Translations under genes and position numbers: made by a program | From: a bacterium | GTDB taxonomy: Bacteria > Zhuqueibacterota > Zhuqueibacteria > Residuimicrobiales > Krinioviventaceae | Length of the DNA: 64,000 nucleotides | Reading direction: 5' to 3' | Assembly (NCBI GenBank): GCA_963674595.2 | Contig: CAXXFV010000014.1 | Coordinates: 107,502-171,501, forward strand | The notes under the pieces: model-generated | What the model was told of the DNA's origin: nothing | Database searches by the model: none | What the model saw: the letters and a program-made list of their open reading frames with translations, nothing else | Part shown: piece by piece, positions 1-10,445 of the stretch | Numbering within the stretch: the first letter of the stretch is position 1 | How the letters are laid out: each line of letters begins with the position of its first letter

Positions 1-551
1 TCTCCATACTTTTATTTATGGTGATCGTTTTACTGGTTGTTTCACTGCTCTACTGGCGCCTCTATTTATCAAAATTACAACTTGTTAATAAAACTGTTGA
101 AAAAGAAATTCAAAGGGAAAAACAAACCATACAAAAATATCAGGAGGATGTTGCCGGTCTTTCAACTGAAAAGTACCATAGTGAACTTGATGATTTGATC
201 GACCAATTACAAAAACTGGTTGCTGAAGAAAAAATTTATCTTGATCCGGAACTAAATATTCAAAAAACAGCTCAGTATTTATCAACAAACCGTACCTATC
301 TATCGACTGCCATAAATAGTTTTTATGATATGAATTTCCCTTCCTATATCAACCAACTAAGGATACAGGAATCCATAGACCTGATTTCAAAGGGTTATAC
401 TTCAAAGCTCACATTAGAAGCTTTGGCAATGCAATCCGGGTTTTCCAGCCGGACTGTATTCATCACGGCCTTTAAAAAATATACCGGTGTCCCCCCTTCG
501 TTTTTTATCAAAAATTATAAAAGTTACTTAAACAAACCGGTGCTGCAATAA
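1..551 (+). CDS. AraC-family transcriptional regulator, membrane-anchored, 5'-partial
   Basis: Frame is open back to the window start. A TM segment is followed by a C-terminal AraC HTH (YLDPELNI..A..LSTNRTYLS..IN, LTLEALA..SGFSSR..F..AFKKYTGVPPS.F). Confidence 0.85.
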   Translation, partial: SILLFMVIVLLVVSLLYWRLYLSKLQLVNKTVEKEIQREKQTIQKYQEDVAGLSTEKYHSELDDLIDQLQKLVAEEKIYLDPELNIQKTAQYLSTNRTYLSTAINSFYDMNFPSYINQLRIQESIDLISKGYTSKLTLEALAMQSGFSSRTVFITAFKKYTGVPPSFFIKNYKSYLNKPVLQ

Positions 552-595
552 CTTAATCTTTGCCTATTAACCATTCCTGCCAAAAAATCACAACC

Positions 596-3500
596 TCATT
601 TTATCAACAAAACTTTCTCAGTCTGTGTCACTTTTTCAGTCTGCATGCGAATAAAAAAAGTTCCGGAAGGCACCTTGCTGCCGTTTTCATCTGTGGCGTT
701 CCAGTTAACCCGATAACGACCTGCCGGCTGAGTGCTGTAATTAAGTATTTTTATATGTGAACCAAGAGTGTTGTATACGGATATTTGCACATGCGTCTCT
801 TTGGCCAGTTGATATGTAACTGTTGTCAAGGGGTTAAAGGGATTTGGATAAGCAGCAAATAACTGCATAGTCTCAGGCAAAGCTTCAATATGAACAGATG
901 TTGAAGCAATGACTTTCTGTTGTCCTTCAATATTAACCTCGGAAAGTCGATAAGTATAATCAGCTTCATTTGTAACGGCTTTATCGGTAAAAGTATATTC
1001 GGTCCGGCTTGATGTGGTTCCCTGTCCCTCAAGAGTATTGTGCGTCAGGTACGATGCAATTGTAACCCAGGACAGTTTATCCTGCGAACGCTCTAAAACA
1101 AAACCAAGATTATCTCTTTCACTTTCGGTCACCCACTCCAAAACCACAAATTGACCTTCAGACCGGGCGGTAAAAGAAGATAGTTCTACGGGAAGAGATA
1201 CATCCTCTCCGTTTAGCCATGAGAGAAAAGGATAGCCGTTGTTAATGGAACAACTGCAATCCATGTCCCAGTAATCATTATTGCCGTTCGCCGTTTCTGC
1301 TTCAAAATCCCAGTCAGAATCCGTAAAAGTAGCAAGCGTTTTCATTTCTGCTGTGATTTTAGGTGTACCTTTGCCGGTATCGTTTTGATCTGTGGTTTCC
1401 GAATCGTAAAAACAATCGGTCACACTGGCCGAATTAGAACCTACCAGCCCGCCTGTGGCAGAAGAACCGGAAACACTGCCCTTGGCATAACTTTTATTCA
1501 GCGTTGCGCCTGAGATATTTGAACCTGCCAAACCGCCCACATCTGATGTGCCGAAAACACTGCCGTTGGCATAACAGTTATTCACTTCAGAGCTAAACTG
1601 GTTGCTTCCCACCAGTCCACCCACATCCGTTGAGCCCGACACACTGGTATTGGCATAACACTGGCCAAGCAGTGCATTATAATTACTTCCGGCCAGGCCC
1701 CCCACATTGACATTCCCTGTTACACTGCCGGTCGTATAACACTTTTTCACGGTGCTGGATGTATGTATATGACCTATCAAACCTCCAACATTATTGACGC
1801 CGGTAATATTGACATTAATCAACCCCAAATTTTTTATTACAGCTCCATTTATATAACCAAACAATCCGATATAACTGGGTGCCGCTCTGTTGATGGTCAG
1901 GCTGTTGATGGTAAAAGATTGACCGTCGTAAGAGCCGGTAAAATCGTCCGAGCCGTTTCCAATGGTCAAAAATCCGGTACCGCCATTCCAGGTACTGGTT
2001 GCAGACGCATCAATGTCTGCGGTTTGTTTATAATACTTGTTCCAATAATTGATACTCAGGGACAGCCAGCCAAGGTTTTCCAAATTGGCAATCTGGTAAG
2101 GATCGCCGCTTGATCCGTCACCGTTTGCAGGCTGTGTAGCTATCCAGTTAAGTGACTCATCGCTGCCGTCCTGCCAACTCAGATAGGGATAACCGATGTT
2201 GATTGCCTGGTTATAATCCATATCCCAGACATCGTCGCTGCCGTTGGCGGTCTCTGTTGCAAAGTCCCAATTGGCATCGGTAAAGGTCAGATGAATTTTC
2301 ATAAAAGTTGTTGTTGTGGGCTCTCCTTTACCGGTGTCGTTTTGCCCGGAGATCCATTGGTCATAAAAGCTCTCACTAACCGTGGAAACGTTATCGCCTA
2401 CGAGACCGCCTGTCTCGGATGAGCCAGAGACATTACCGGCTGCATAACATCTGTTGACTGTTCCTCCTGCATTCCGACCAATCAATCCGCCAACGTCTGA
2501 TGTGCCGGAGACATTGCCCCGCGCATAACATTTTTGTACTGTGGCGGAAATATAATTATAGCCCACCAGTCCACCTACAACCGAGGCGCCGTTAACGCCG
2601 GCCATAGAATAACACTGCTCAAGGGCAGCATTATAGCTCATGCCCGCAATACCCCCAACATTATTGTTACCGCTGACATTACCGGTAGAGTAACACTTTC
2701 TTACTGTCGAGCCGGCTCTATTGTTACCCACCAGACAACCCACATCATAATTGCCGGTAATATCAACATTGAGCAATGCAATATTTTCCAGGGTGGCACT
2801 GTTTGTATAGCCAAACAATCCGACATCACTTGTTGATGACCGGTCAATGGTCAATCCGGAAATGGTATATAACTGGCCGTTATAAGATCCGCTAAATTCG
2901 GTGGTACTGTTACCAACGGGCGAAAATCCGGCGCCGTTGAACCAGGTGCCGGTTGTTGAAGCATCGATATTTTCAGTTTGAATATAGTGTTGGTCCCATT
3001 TATTTGCGAACATATTGAGCCAGGCCAGCTCACTCAGGGATGCGATCTGGTAAGGATTGCTGCTGGAACCGGTACCCGCTGCCGGTTTGGCCGGAATAGA
3101 TACATCTGAACCATCCTGCCAACTGAGATAGGGGTAACAGCCACCAATGCTGCCGGTATAGTCCATGTCCCAGATGTTATTGCTGCCATTGTTTATCTCC
3201 ACTTCCAGGTCCCACCCGGCATTGAAAAAGGTACTGAATGTCTGCATGGCCTGTGTGGTTTTGGGGACGCCCTTGCCGCTATTGTCACTTCGTCCGGTAG
3301 TTTCGCCGTCAAAAAAGCTGCTGGTCACGGTGGCAGAATTGGCCCCGACCAAACCGCCAACATCGGATGTACCGGTGACGCTGCCCCGGGCATAACATTT
3401 ATCTATAGTTGCGGAGTTGGTGTTTGCACCCGTCAGACCGCCAATATCGGAAGTGCCGGAAATTTCAGCTGCGGAATAACAGTTGCGTACCATACAATTA

Positions 3501-6100
3501 TTATTGCTGCCGGTCACACCGCCCACATCAGACGTGCCGGAGACACTGCCGGTAGTGTAACACTGGACAATAGTGGCTGAAGAGTTTACCCCGGCTATTC
3601 CGCCCACATACTGGCCGCCGGTTATATCCGCACCGGTCAAAGCAATGTTTTTGATCTCGGCGCCATTCAAAAAGCCAAAAAGCCCAATAAAATTTTCAGA
3701 CGCCCGGCTTATTTGCAGGTTATCAATGGCATAGCCCTGGCCGTCATAAAATCCGCTAAAATCGTTTGCCAGGGCGCCAATGGGGGGAAATCCGGCCCCA
3801 TCATCCAGAGCACTGCTTTCCGAGGCATCAATGTCAGCAATTTGAATAAAATATTTACCCCATTCCGTCGAATTCTGGCTGACCCAATACAGATTTTCAA
3901 ATGTGGCAATCTGGTAGGGAGCACCGCTGGAACCATCACCACTTGTCGGGGCCACCGGCAACATATCCAGTGAAATGGCAGCACCGTCCTGCCAGCTCAG
4001 GTAAGGATAGCCGCTGTTGATGGCCTCCGAATAATCCAAATCCCAGCGATCAGCCGTGCCGTTGTCGGTTTCCCGTTCAAAATCCCAGCCGGCATCAGTA
4101 AAAGTAGCGAGTGTTTTCATCTCGGCAGTGGATTTTGGTAGTCCTCTGTCTGAATCAATTAAACCGCAGAGTTCACTATCATAAAAACTGTTTTCCGCAG
4201 TGTTGCTGCCATCGCCTATCAAACCGCCAAAATCAAAGGAAGCGGAGACAGTGCCTGCTGCGTAACAATGGGCAACCGTTCCGGCATTGAGTCCAACCAG
4301 ACCTCCGGTGTGATTATTCCCGTTTACAGTGACTCTTGCATAGCAATATCTCACTGTATTTGTCGAATATCCCACCAGCCCGCCGATGGCGAAATGTCCT
4401 TCAACACTGCCGTTTGCATAACTGTTAGAGACAATACCCTTGCTATTACCTAAAAGTCCGCCGACCTGGTTATTATTACTACTGACATCGGCGTTTGCAT
4501 AACATTTGTTGATGGTAGAATAATAATTCATGTTTCCCACCAATCCGCCTACATTATTTGCGCCGGTTACGGAACCCGTAGAATAACACTTGGAAATTGA
4601 AGAGTAGCCGTCACAGTTGCCAACAAGGGCGCCAACCTGATTATCACCGGAAACCGTTGCGTTTTTTATCCCCATATTTTGAATCTCTGCCCCGTTTGTA
4701 TTACCAAAAAGTCCCACATTATTTTGAAACGAATAATTAAGTGAGGCATTGGAAATTCGATAGTTCTGGCCATTATAGGTGCCGGAAAAAGAATTATTCG
4801 GGTTGCCGATGACAGGTAAACCTGCCTGACCATTGAATGTGTTTGCAGACGAGGCGTCAATGTTGGTAGTTTGAATGTAAAATTTGTTCCATTTATCACG
4901 ATTCAAACCGATCCACGCCAGATCTTCTATGCTTGTAATTTGGTAGGGATTGCCCTCGGTTCCGTCACCGGCAGGTGTGGCGGGAAACAGTGGCAGCGAT
5001 GTGGCTGCTTCGTCCTGCCAGCTCAGGTAAGGATAGCCATTGTTGGTTGCTCCTGAAAAGTCCATATCCCAAAGATCGCCTGTACCATTGTGTGTTTCCC
5101 ATTCAAAATCCCAATCAAAATTGAGAAACGTCGACAATGTTTTCATTTCAACAGTTGATCTGGGCGTTCCTTTACCTGTATCGTTACAGCCGGAGGTTTG
5201 AGCGTCATAAAAGCTGTCACTCACGCTGCCGGTGTTTTCACCCACTAATCCGCCAAAGTCAAAATTTGCTGAAACACTGCCGGTAGAATAACAATGAGTA
5301 ACTGTTACCCCGTTGTTAAAGCCCACCAGGCCGCCAGTATGGTTATTGCCCGAGACATCTCCGGCAGCATAGCAGTTGTTTATTTCTCGTTGTTGTGAGT
5401 AGCCTGCCAGACCACCTACGGCATAAACACCATGGACATTACCCTTGGCAAATGATCTTTTAATAATTCCTCTACAATTACCTATAAGTCCACCAACTTG
5501 ATTTTGGTTACCTGTGACATCCGCGTTTGAATAACTGCTGACAATGGTTGCATAATATTCTAAATAACCCGCCAATCCACCAACATTGGAATGCCCGTTT
5601 ACGGTTCCGGTAGAATGACACCCTCTTATTATAGAATAGCCGTGAACATTACCGACAATAGCGCCAACCTGATCATAACCGCAAATATTAACGTTTCTCA
5701 TGTCCAGGTATTGGATGGTTGCATCATTGACAGCGCCGAATAGTCCACAGTTGTTATTATCAGAACGATTGATATATAAATCAGTAATACGATAGTTCTG
5801 GCCGTTATATGAACCGGAAAATTTATGTGTTAGATTACCTATGGGCAAGAAGCCATCATATGTAAGATTGTCGTTTACATTCCAGGCATGGGTCTCAGAG
5901 GCGTCAATATTGGCGGTTTGCTCGAAATTGGAGTCCCATGAAGCCGAATTGGTGCTGATCCAGAGGAGGTGATCCAAAGTGGAAACCTCATAAGGAACAT
6001 CCGATGTGCCGGAACCCGGCGGTTGGGTGCCGTCGGCAAACAAATTATTAATCCCCAATATTAACAATACCACTATGAATCGCAATGTTTTCATATTCAT
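596..6100 (-). CDS. Large secreted GLUG-motif repeat protein (1834 aa) with PVELSSF/FnIII-like domain and FlgD/T9SS-like C-terminal sorting domain
   Basis: Signal peptide; many VGGLVG/GLUG-like motifs in five tandem modules; C-terminus LFAAYPNPFNP..T.VTYQL...ISVYNTLG...WNATDENG..VPSG.FFIRM...KVLLIK. Confidence 0.85.
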   Translation of the reverse strand: MNMKTLRFIVVLLILGINNLFADGTQPPGSGTSDVPYEVSTLDHLLWISTNSASWDSNFEQTANIDASETHAWNVNDNLTYDGFLPIGNLTHKFSGSYNGQNYRITDLYINRSDNNNCGLFGAVNDATIQYLDMRNVNICGYDQVGAIVGNVHGYSIIRGCHSTGTVNGHSNVGGLAGYLEYYATIVSSYSNADVTGNQNQVGGLIGNCRGIIKRSFAKGNVHGVYAVGGLAGYSQQREINNCYAAGDVSGNNHTGGLVGFNNGVTVTHCYSTGSVSANFDFGGLVGENTGSVSDSFYDAQTSGCNDTGKGTPRSTVEMKTLSTFLNFDWDFEWETHNGTGDLWDMDFSGATNNGYPYLSWQDEAATSLPLFPATPAGDGTEGNPYQITSIEDLAWIGLNRDKWNKFYIQTTNIDASSANTFNGQAGLPVIGNPNNSFSGTYNGQNYRISNASLNYSFQNNVGLFGNTNGAEIQNMGIKNATVSGDNQVGALVGNCDGYSSISKCYSTGSVTGANNVGGLVGNMNYYSTINKCYANADVSSNNNQVGGLLGNSKGIVSNSYANGSVEGHFAIGGLVGYSTNTVRYCYARVTVNGNNHTGGLVGLNAGTVAHCYAAGTVSASFDFGGLIGDGSNTAENSFYDSELCGLIDSDRGLPKSTAEMKTLATFTDAGWDFERETDNGTADRWDLDYSEAINSGYPYLSWQDGAAISLDMLPVAPTSGDGSSGAPYQIATFENLYWVSQNSTEWGKYFIQIADIDASESSALDDGAGFPPIGALANDFSGFYDGQGYAIDNLQISRASENFIGLFGFLNGAEIKNIALTGADITGGQYVGGIAGVNSSATIVQCYTTGSVSGTSDVGGVTGSNNNCMVRNCYSAAEISGTSDIGGLTGANTNSATIDKCYARGSVTGTSDVGGLVGANSATVTSSFFDGETTGRSDNSGKGVPKTTQAMQTFSTFFNAGWDLEVEINNGSNNIWDMDYTGSIGGCYPYLSWQDGSDVSIPAKPAAGTGSSSNPYQIASLSELAWLNMFANKWDQHYIQTENIDASTTGTWFNGAGFSPVGNSTTEFSGSYNGQLYTISGLTIDRSSTSDVGLFGYTNSATLENIALLNVDITGNYDVGCLVGNNRAGSTVRKCYSTGNVSGNNNVGGIAGMSYNAALEQCYSMAGVNGASVVGGLVGYNYISATVQKCYARGNVSGTSDVGGLIGRNAGGTVNRCYAAGNVSGSSETGGLVGDNVSTVSESFYDQWISGQNDTGKGEPTTTTFMKIHLTFTDANWDFATETANGSDDVWDMDYNQAINIGYPYLSWQDGSDESLNWIATQPANGDGSSGDPYQIANLENLGWLSLSINYWNKYYKQTADIDASATSTWNGGTGFLTIGNGSDDFTGSYDGQSFTINSLTINRAAPSYIGLFGYINGAVIKNLGLINVNITGVNNVGGLIGHIHTSSTVKKCYTTGSVTGNVNVGGLAGSNYNALLGQCYANTSVSGSTDVGGLVGSNQFSSEVNNCYANGSVFGTSDVGGLAGSNISGATLNKSYAKGSVSGSSATGGLVGSNSASVTDCFYDSETTDQNDTGKGTPKITAEMKTLATFTDSDWDFEAETANGNNDYWDMDCSCSINNGYPFLSWLNGEDVSLPVELSSFTARSEGQFVVLEWVTESERDNLGFVLERSQDKLSWVTIASYLTHNTLEGQGTTSSRTEYTFTDKAVTNEADYTYRLSEVNIEGQQKVIASTSVHIEALPETMQLFAAYPNPFNPLTTVTYQLAKETHVQISVYNTLGSHIKILNYSTQPAGRYRVNWNATDENGSKVPSGTFFIRMQTEKVTQTEKVLLIK
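1215..6020 (-). repeat. Five tandem ~290-350 aa intragenic modules
   Basis: Each module starts G(S/D/T)G(T/S)xxxPY(E/Q)(V/I) and ends WD(M/L)D...YP(Y/F)LSW. Module starts are near 6017, 4972, 3943, 3081 and 2126. Confidence 0.85.
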
Positions 6101-6155
6101 GTTCCTTAACCCGGTTTTTTCTAATAATTATAAAAATCAGTGTAATGGACTGTAA

Positions 6156-6485
6156 TTATAAAAAAGATAAAAGTTCCAGCAGGTTGTCTTTGGGAACCAA
6201 ACCATCGGCACCAGCCCGAAGGGCTTTATCACGGTATTTTCCACCGGTATAATCTGAAATGGCGATAATCCTTGATTCAGGAAAATATTGTTTTATCTGT
6301 TCAATAATTTTAAAACATAGGGCTTTATTCATGTCCATCAATACAAAATCCGGTTTGAATTGACTGTATGCAAAAATTATATCCCGACCTTCATCAAGCT
6401 CTAAAAACCCGTCTTTATCTGTGGTAATAAAATGACGTAAAAAAGTCCTGAATCTTTTGTTATCGCTGATTAATAGATATTTCAT
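6156..6485 (-). CDS. Stand-alone response-regulator receiver domain
   Basis: LLISDN..FR, KPDFVLMD, IIAISDY, ALRAGADG.VPK receiver pattern; no output domain. Confidence 0.8.
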   Translation of the reverse strand: MKYLLISDNKRFRTFLRHFITTDKDGFLELDEGRDIIFAYSQFKPDFVLMDMNKALCFKIIEQIKQYFPESRIIAISDYTGGKYRDKALRAGADGLVPKDNLLELLSFL

Positions 6486-6574
6486 TATTTAAATTTTATA
6501 AATTGTAAAAATAGTTCGGTTTAATGTAATTATTTTTACAAATAAATAAATGAGGGAGAGCGCACTATTTTCTA

Positions 6575-6586
6575 TGCGTTAACGCA
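6575..6586. promoter_or_regulatory. Perfect 12-bp palindrome TGCGTTAACGCA, candidate response-regulator operator
   Basis: GC-rich palindrome in an AT-rich spacer between the NarL-type regulator and the receiver/GLUG genes. Confidence 0.45.
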
Positions 6587-6622
6587 CAAAAGAGGGGAAA
6601 TTTAACAGGCAGGTATAAACGT

Positions 6623-7276
6623 TCAGAATAATAAATCTTTATTTTGGAGAGAAAATTTTAATAAATTCCTTGAGCTGTTTAAATTCAACTTTGATGTAAT
6701 ATTGACCTTGTGATTTTCAACAGTTCGCTTTGAAATAAACATAGTCTGAGCTATTTCCTGATTTGACTTTAATTCAGCAACCAGAGATAGTACTTTTTTC
6801 TCTGTTACAGTAAGGCTGCTAATCAGCTCAATGATTTTCTGATTCTCTGTTTTTACTTTAGCTTTATCAATCAAAAACTCATATAGATCATCACTTATAT
6901 AATGTTTCCCTGCTATTACATTATCAATCGCTTTGATAATATTAATAACAGCATCATCTTTTAGTACATAGCCGCGAATTCCAGAGTCCAACGCTTTATA
7001 AAATATTTTTTTATCACGATGCATTGTTAATAGTATAATTCCAGTATCACAATTTTTCTCAACCAATTTAGACGCAATGTCAAGTCCGTTTAATCCGGGC
7101 ATTTCAAAATCAAGGATCGCTATATCCGGATTATAATCATTGATCAGTTGTAAAGCCTCTGTTCCATCACCCGTTTCTGCTAAAATTTTATAAGAAGCGA
7201 TCGATTCAAGTTCACGGCGCACACCGGAAAGGAATAACGGATGGTCATCTGCAATAATAATTGTAGTTTCACTCAT
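6623..7276 (-). CDS. NarL/FixJ-family response regulator (receiver + LuxR HTH)
   Basis: IIIADDHPLF, PDIAILDFEMPGLNG, LT..EKKVL.LVA...SNQEIA..MFISKRTVENH. Confidence 0.93.
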   Translation of the reverse strand: MSETTIIIADDHPLFLSGVRRELESIASYKILAETGDGTEALQLINDYNPDIAILDFEMPGLNGLDIASKLVEKNCDTGIILLTMHRDKKIFYKALDSGIRGYVLKDDAVINIIKAIDNVIAGKHYISDDLYEFLIDKAKVKTENQKIIELISSLTVTEKKVLSLVAELKSNQEIAQTMFISKRTVENHKVNITSKLNLNSSRNLLKFSLQNKDLLF

Positions 7277-9140
7277 TTTCGATATTCTTTTTTAATTTAT
7301 AATCTAATTTAATAAATGTTCCACCCTCATTATAGGGCTCTATATTTAAATCAGCGTTAATCATTCGTGCTCGTTCATACATCCCGACAAGTCCCAATCC
7401 GCTTGATTTTATATTGCCGGTTGTTATATCTCTAGAGATACCAACTCCATTATCTCTTATTTCCATAGAAATAATTTGATCTGATTTTTTTATAAATACA
7501 GACGCCTCAGTTGCTTTGGAATGCCTGACAATATTATTCAAACTTTCCTGAATAATTCTGTAAAAATTAATTTCATCATGCTTTGGTATCAGCTCATCAA
7601 TATCATCAATTTCATAATAAAAATTAATATCGGATGTTTCGGACAAATTTTCAACTATAGTTTCAATGGCCGTTGTTAAACCAAGCTGGTCCAAATGCTG
7701 CGGTCTCAGGTTATAAATAATATTTCTGACATCCTGAATGGTTTCCCCGGATAAATCACTAACCTGCGTTAAGGAATGTTGAATGTTTTTATCAGTTGAT
7801 TTTCGAATTTCTGTCAAAAGCATATTTTTAATAATTAACAATTTTTGACCGATGCTGTCATGCAACTCTAGCGCAATCCGGTTCCGTTCACTCTCTTGCG
7901 ACTCTATTAATTTCATGGTAAACTGTTCTTTTATTTTGCTTCCCCTCTTCACAGCTTCCAGTTCTTTCTGCTGTGCCAGTTCTTTCTGCCTGTAAGTATA
8001 GGTATAATGATAAACGGCAATCCATATCAGGGATATAACAAAAAACAATGCACCAAAATGTAAAACTGTAACACTGTAACTAAAAGCAGAATCCGAAAAC
8101 TTTGAATAAAATAAGGTAATTTCTAAAATTGCAAACATGAGAAAAACAGACATACCAGCAAATAATAATTTTGCCGTATATTCTCCGGTTTTTACACTTT
8201 TAACCATAACGAAAATGCAGATAATCATGTTAAGCGTAAGGGAAATTAAAAAATAGTTTACAATATCAGGAAAAGTAATAGTCGTAAAATTTATAAGGAC
8301 GATGCTCATTAACAGCACGAAAAAATGAAAAAGCCAGATGCTTTTTAAAATTTTTCTGTATTCCTGCCCTAATATTTGCTCAATAGCGAAAAAGGCGCTT
8401 ATGACAGCACACATGAGTGAAATATAATCCAGGTGATAATATAAATTTGGAAAAGGTAAAAGGATGTGCAAAAACGGATTGTTACTGGAAATAAAAACTG
8501 CCAATGATAGCAAAAAAACACCTATACCTATTAATAATGCAGATTGATCATAGGTCACGTAAAACAGCAAAATAATTATACCTGTTATTAAAAAAATGAC
8601 GGCAAAAGAAAAATCATCTATATTGCGAACAAAAAATTCTTTACAAATTTTATCAAAAGAAACGATTAAAACATTCCATTTAAATACGGTTAATTTTTTT
8701 CCGGGAAAAATTTTGACGCTTATAATATCCCCTTTGTTGTAATCAGGAAGAGAAATTAAAAGATCATCCCAGCGAAAAAAGGCATCATTTTTTTCAGATA
8801 CACCTGCCCCAACTTTTTGAATCAAGCGTCCATTGATATAAACCATCATTGGATTGTTTACACGTTTAAAATAAAGGGCCGGATGCCTTTCTCTAAATTC
8901 CGGTAATTCTGTACTAAACCAAACAATGCTTGATTCAGTCCTTTCAATATCTTTTAAATTAGTCAAGTTTTTCCAGGATGCCGAATCAGATACAGAATCA
9001 TCGAGCCGGTATTGCCAACCTGTTAACATAATACTGTTTTCATCCAAGGCTTTAACGCTCCTGACAAACGGACTGGAAAGCATTAACAACAAGGCTAACG
9101 AATTTATGAGATATTTTACCTTAAAACCCATCATATACAA
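7269..9140 (-). CDS. Sensor histidine kinase (periplasmic domain + ~7 TM + HisKA_3/HATPase)
   Basis: QESERNRIALELHDSIGQ H-box, YRIIQESLNNIVRHS.A, IRDNGVG, GLGLVGMYERA; overlaps the start of the regulator. Confidence 0.92.
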   Translation of the reverse strand: MYMMGFKVKYLINSLALLLMLSSPFVRSVKALDENSIMLTGWQYRLDDSVSDSASWKNLTNLKDIERTESSIVWFSTELPEFRERHPALYFKRVNNPMMVYINGRLIQKVGAGVSEKNDAFFRWDDLLISLPDYNKGDIISVKIFPGKKLTVFKWNVLIVSFDKICKEFFVRNIDDFSFAVIFLITGIIILLFYVTYDQSALLIGIGVFLLSLAVFISSNNPFLHILLPFPNLYYHLDYISLMCAVISAFFAIEQILGQEYRKILKSIWLFHFFVLLMSIVLINFTTITFPDIVNYFLISLTLNMIICIFVMVKSVKTGEYTAKLLFAGMSVFLMFAILEITLFYSKFSDSAFSYSVTVLHFGALFFVISLIWIAVYHYTYTYRQKELAQQKELEAVKRGSKIKEQFTMKLIESQESERNRIALELHDSIGQKLLIIKNMLLTEIRKSTDKNIQHSLTQVSDLSGETIQDVRNIIYNLRPQHLDQLGLTTAIETIVENLSETSDINFYYEIDDIDELIPKHDEINFYRIIQESLNNIVRHSKATEASVFIKKSDQIISMEIRDNGVGISRDITTGNIKSSGLGLVGMYERARMINADLNIEPYNEGGTFIKLDYKLKKNIENE

Positions 9141-9579
9141 CTTAAGTTATGTTTACACCAATACATTACCAAATGTATAATAAATATCTTATTTAAAATA
9201 TCAATTACTAAAATAGTATTTACAGCCGAAAAAAGTTGTTAACATTTCAACTGTTTTAATTACTTGTCTGGTATTAATAACAAAATAGCCCCAAATCACC
9301 AATTCGGCTTCTTATTAATAAACATTGTAAGCGTCGGCTATGACGCCAATCGGATCAGCAGTCATGGTGATCTATATCTTTAATTTCCGCTTGCTTTTTA
9401 AGGCTTTTATTATATAATTTAAAGAGTTATCATTGTTGCTCCGGCAAGAATAAAAACGGATGTAATAAATCAACTGTAAAAAAAATAACAGTGTAAAAAG
9501 TAAAACAAATTAATTTTTATGCTTTCAATTCTAATTTTTACCTTATAAATAATTTTATAAAATTACAAGGGGTTAATTT

Positions 9580-10395
9580 ATGAAAAAATATAAAAAAGCA
9601 AAAAAACTAATTTTACTTTTTTTATTGATTATCGGTTTCGGATGCAAAACCAGGTTAACAGAACCGGAAACAGAAGACAAATATCTCAGTATTTCAGATA
9701 TTACTAATATCTTGTGGACCCTGGAAGCATGTGATTCAGTAGATCAGCAGCTTAATATCGATTCTTATCTAACGTTCCATCTTGTTTATGATACAACTGA
9801 ATTTTGGGGTGATGATGGATGTAATAAATACACCGGCATATATTACATACAAAATGATAGTATTTTACTAAATGATTTTTCTATAACTTGTATGGGGTGT
9901 TGGCCTACAACATCATTTCCGATTAATTTTTTTTTCAATCCTCATAAACTTTTCATATTTAAAGATAGCCTGCAAATTATCTCTGACAATTGGGTATACC
10001 ACTTAAAAAGTGACTTTACAAAAAGTATTGAAAAAAGTGGGCTTGTAAACACCTGGCAGTTAATATTTTCAAGTGACCCTGATTATGAAATTATATCATA
10101 CTACCAATATGTTACCAATCTGATACTTGATAATAACAGATGTTTTAATTTAAATTTTGTTTCCACATTTGAGAATGATTCCACTTATAATTATACTACC
10201 GGCATTTACGGAATTAAAAATGATGACTCATTTATGTTTTATCATCGATATGGTGGTTCAAGAAGATTTAAAGCACGGAGGTTTCGATCTAAAATTTTAA
10301 ATTCAACAATTTACAACGTAGAAAACGACACACTTACCTTATCAAATCTTTCTGATAATACAATATTTAGATTTGAAAAACTTGAGTATGATTAA
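9580..10395 (+). CDS. META (HslJ-like) domain lipoprotein
   Basis: Lipobox-like IGFGC, W.L, G.DGCN.Y.G.Y, T.MGC. Putative promoter TTGCTT-16-TATAAT at 9391-9418. Confidence 0.6.
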   Translation: MKKYKKAKKLILLFLLIIGFGCKTRLTEPETEDKYLSISDITNILWTLEACDSVDQQLNIDSYLTFHLVYDTTEFWGDDGCNKYTGIYYIQNDSILLNDFSITCMGCWPTTSFPINFFFNPHKLFIFKDSLQIISDNWVYHLKSDFTKSIEKSGLVNTWQLIFSSDPDYEIISYYQYVTNLILDNNRCFNLNFVSTFENDSTYNYTTGIYGIKNDDSFMFYHRYGGSRRFKARRFRSKILNSTIYNVENDTLTLSNLSDNTIFRFEKLEYD

Positions 10396-10445
10396 ATTGA
10401 GGATACAATCTTCATCCAAATCACAAAAGCATCAAGCTTCTTATA

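Noticed and set aside
1215-6020. Recurring DNA motifs as a CRISPR array or DGR template/variable repeats
   Set aside because: They are degenerate in-frame protein repeats with no constant repeat-spacer period, and no cas or reverse transcriptase gene is present.
9141-9579. Possible ncRNA or riboswitch in the long divergent intergenic region
   Set aside because: Only a short hairpin (GCGTC-GGCTAT-GACGC) and promoter-like elements; no recognisable family consensus.
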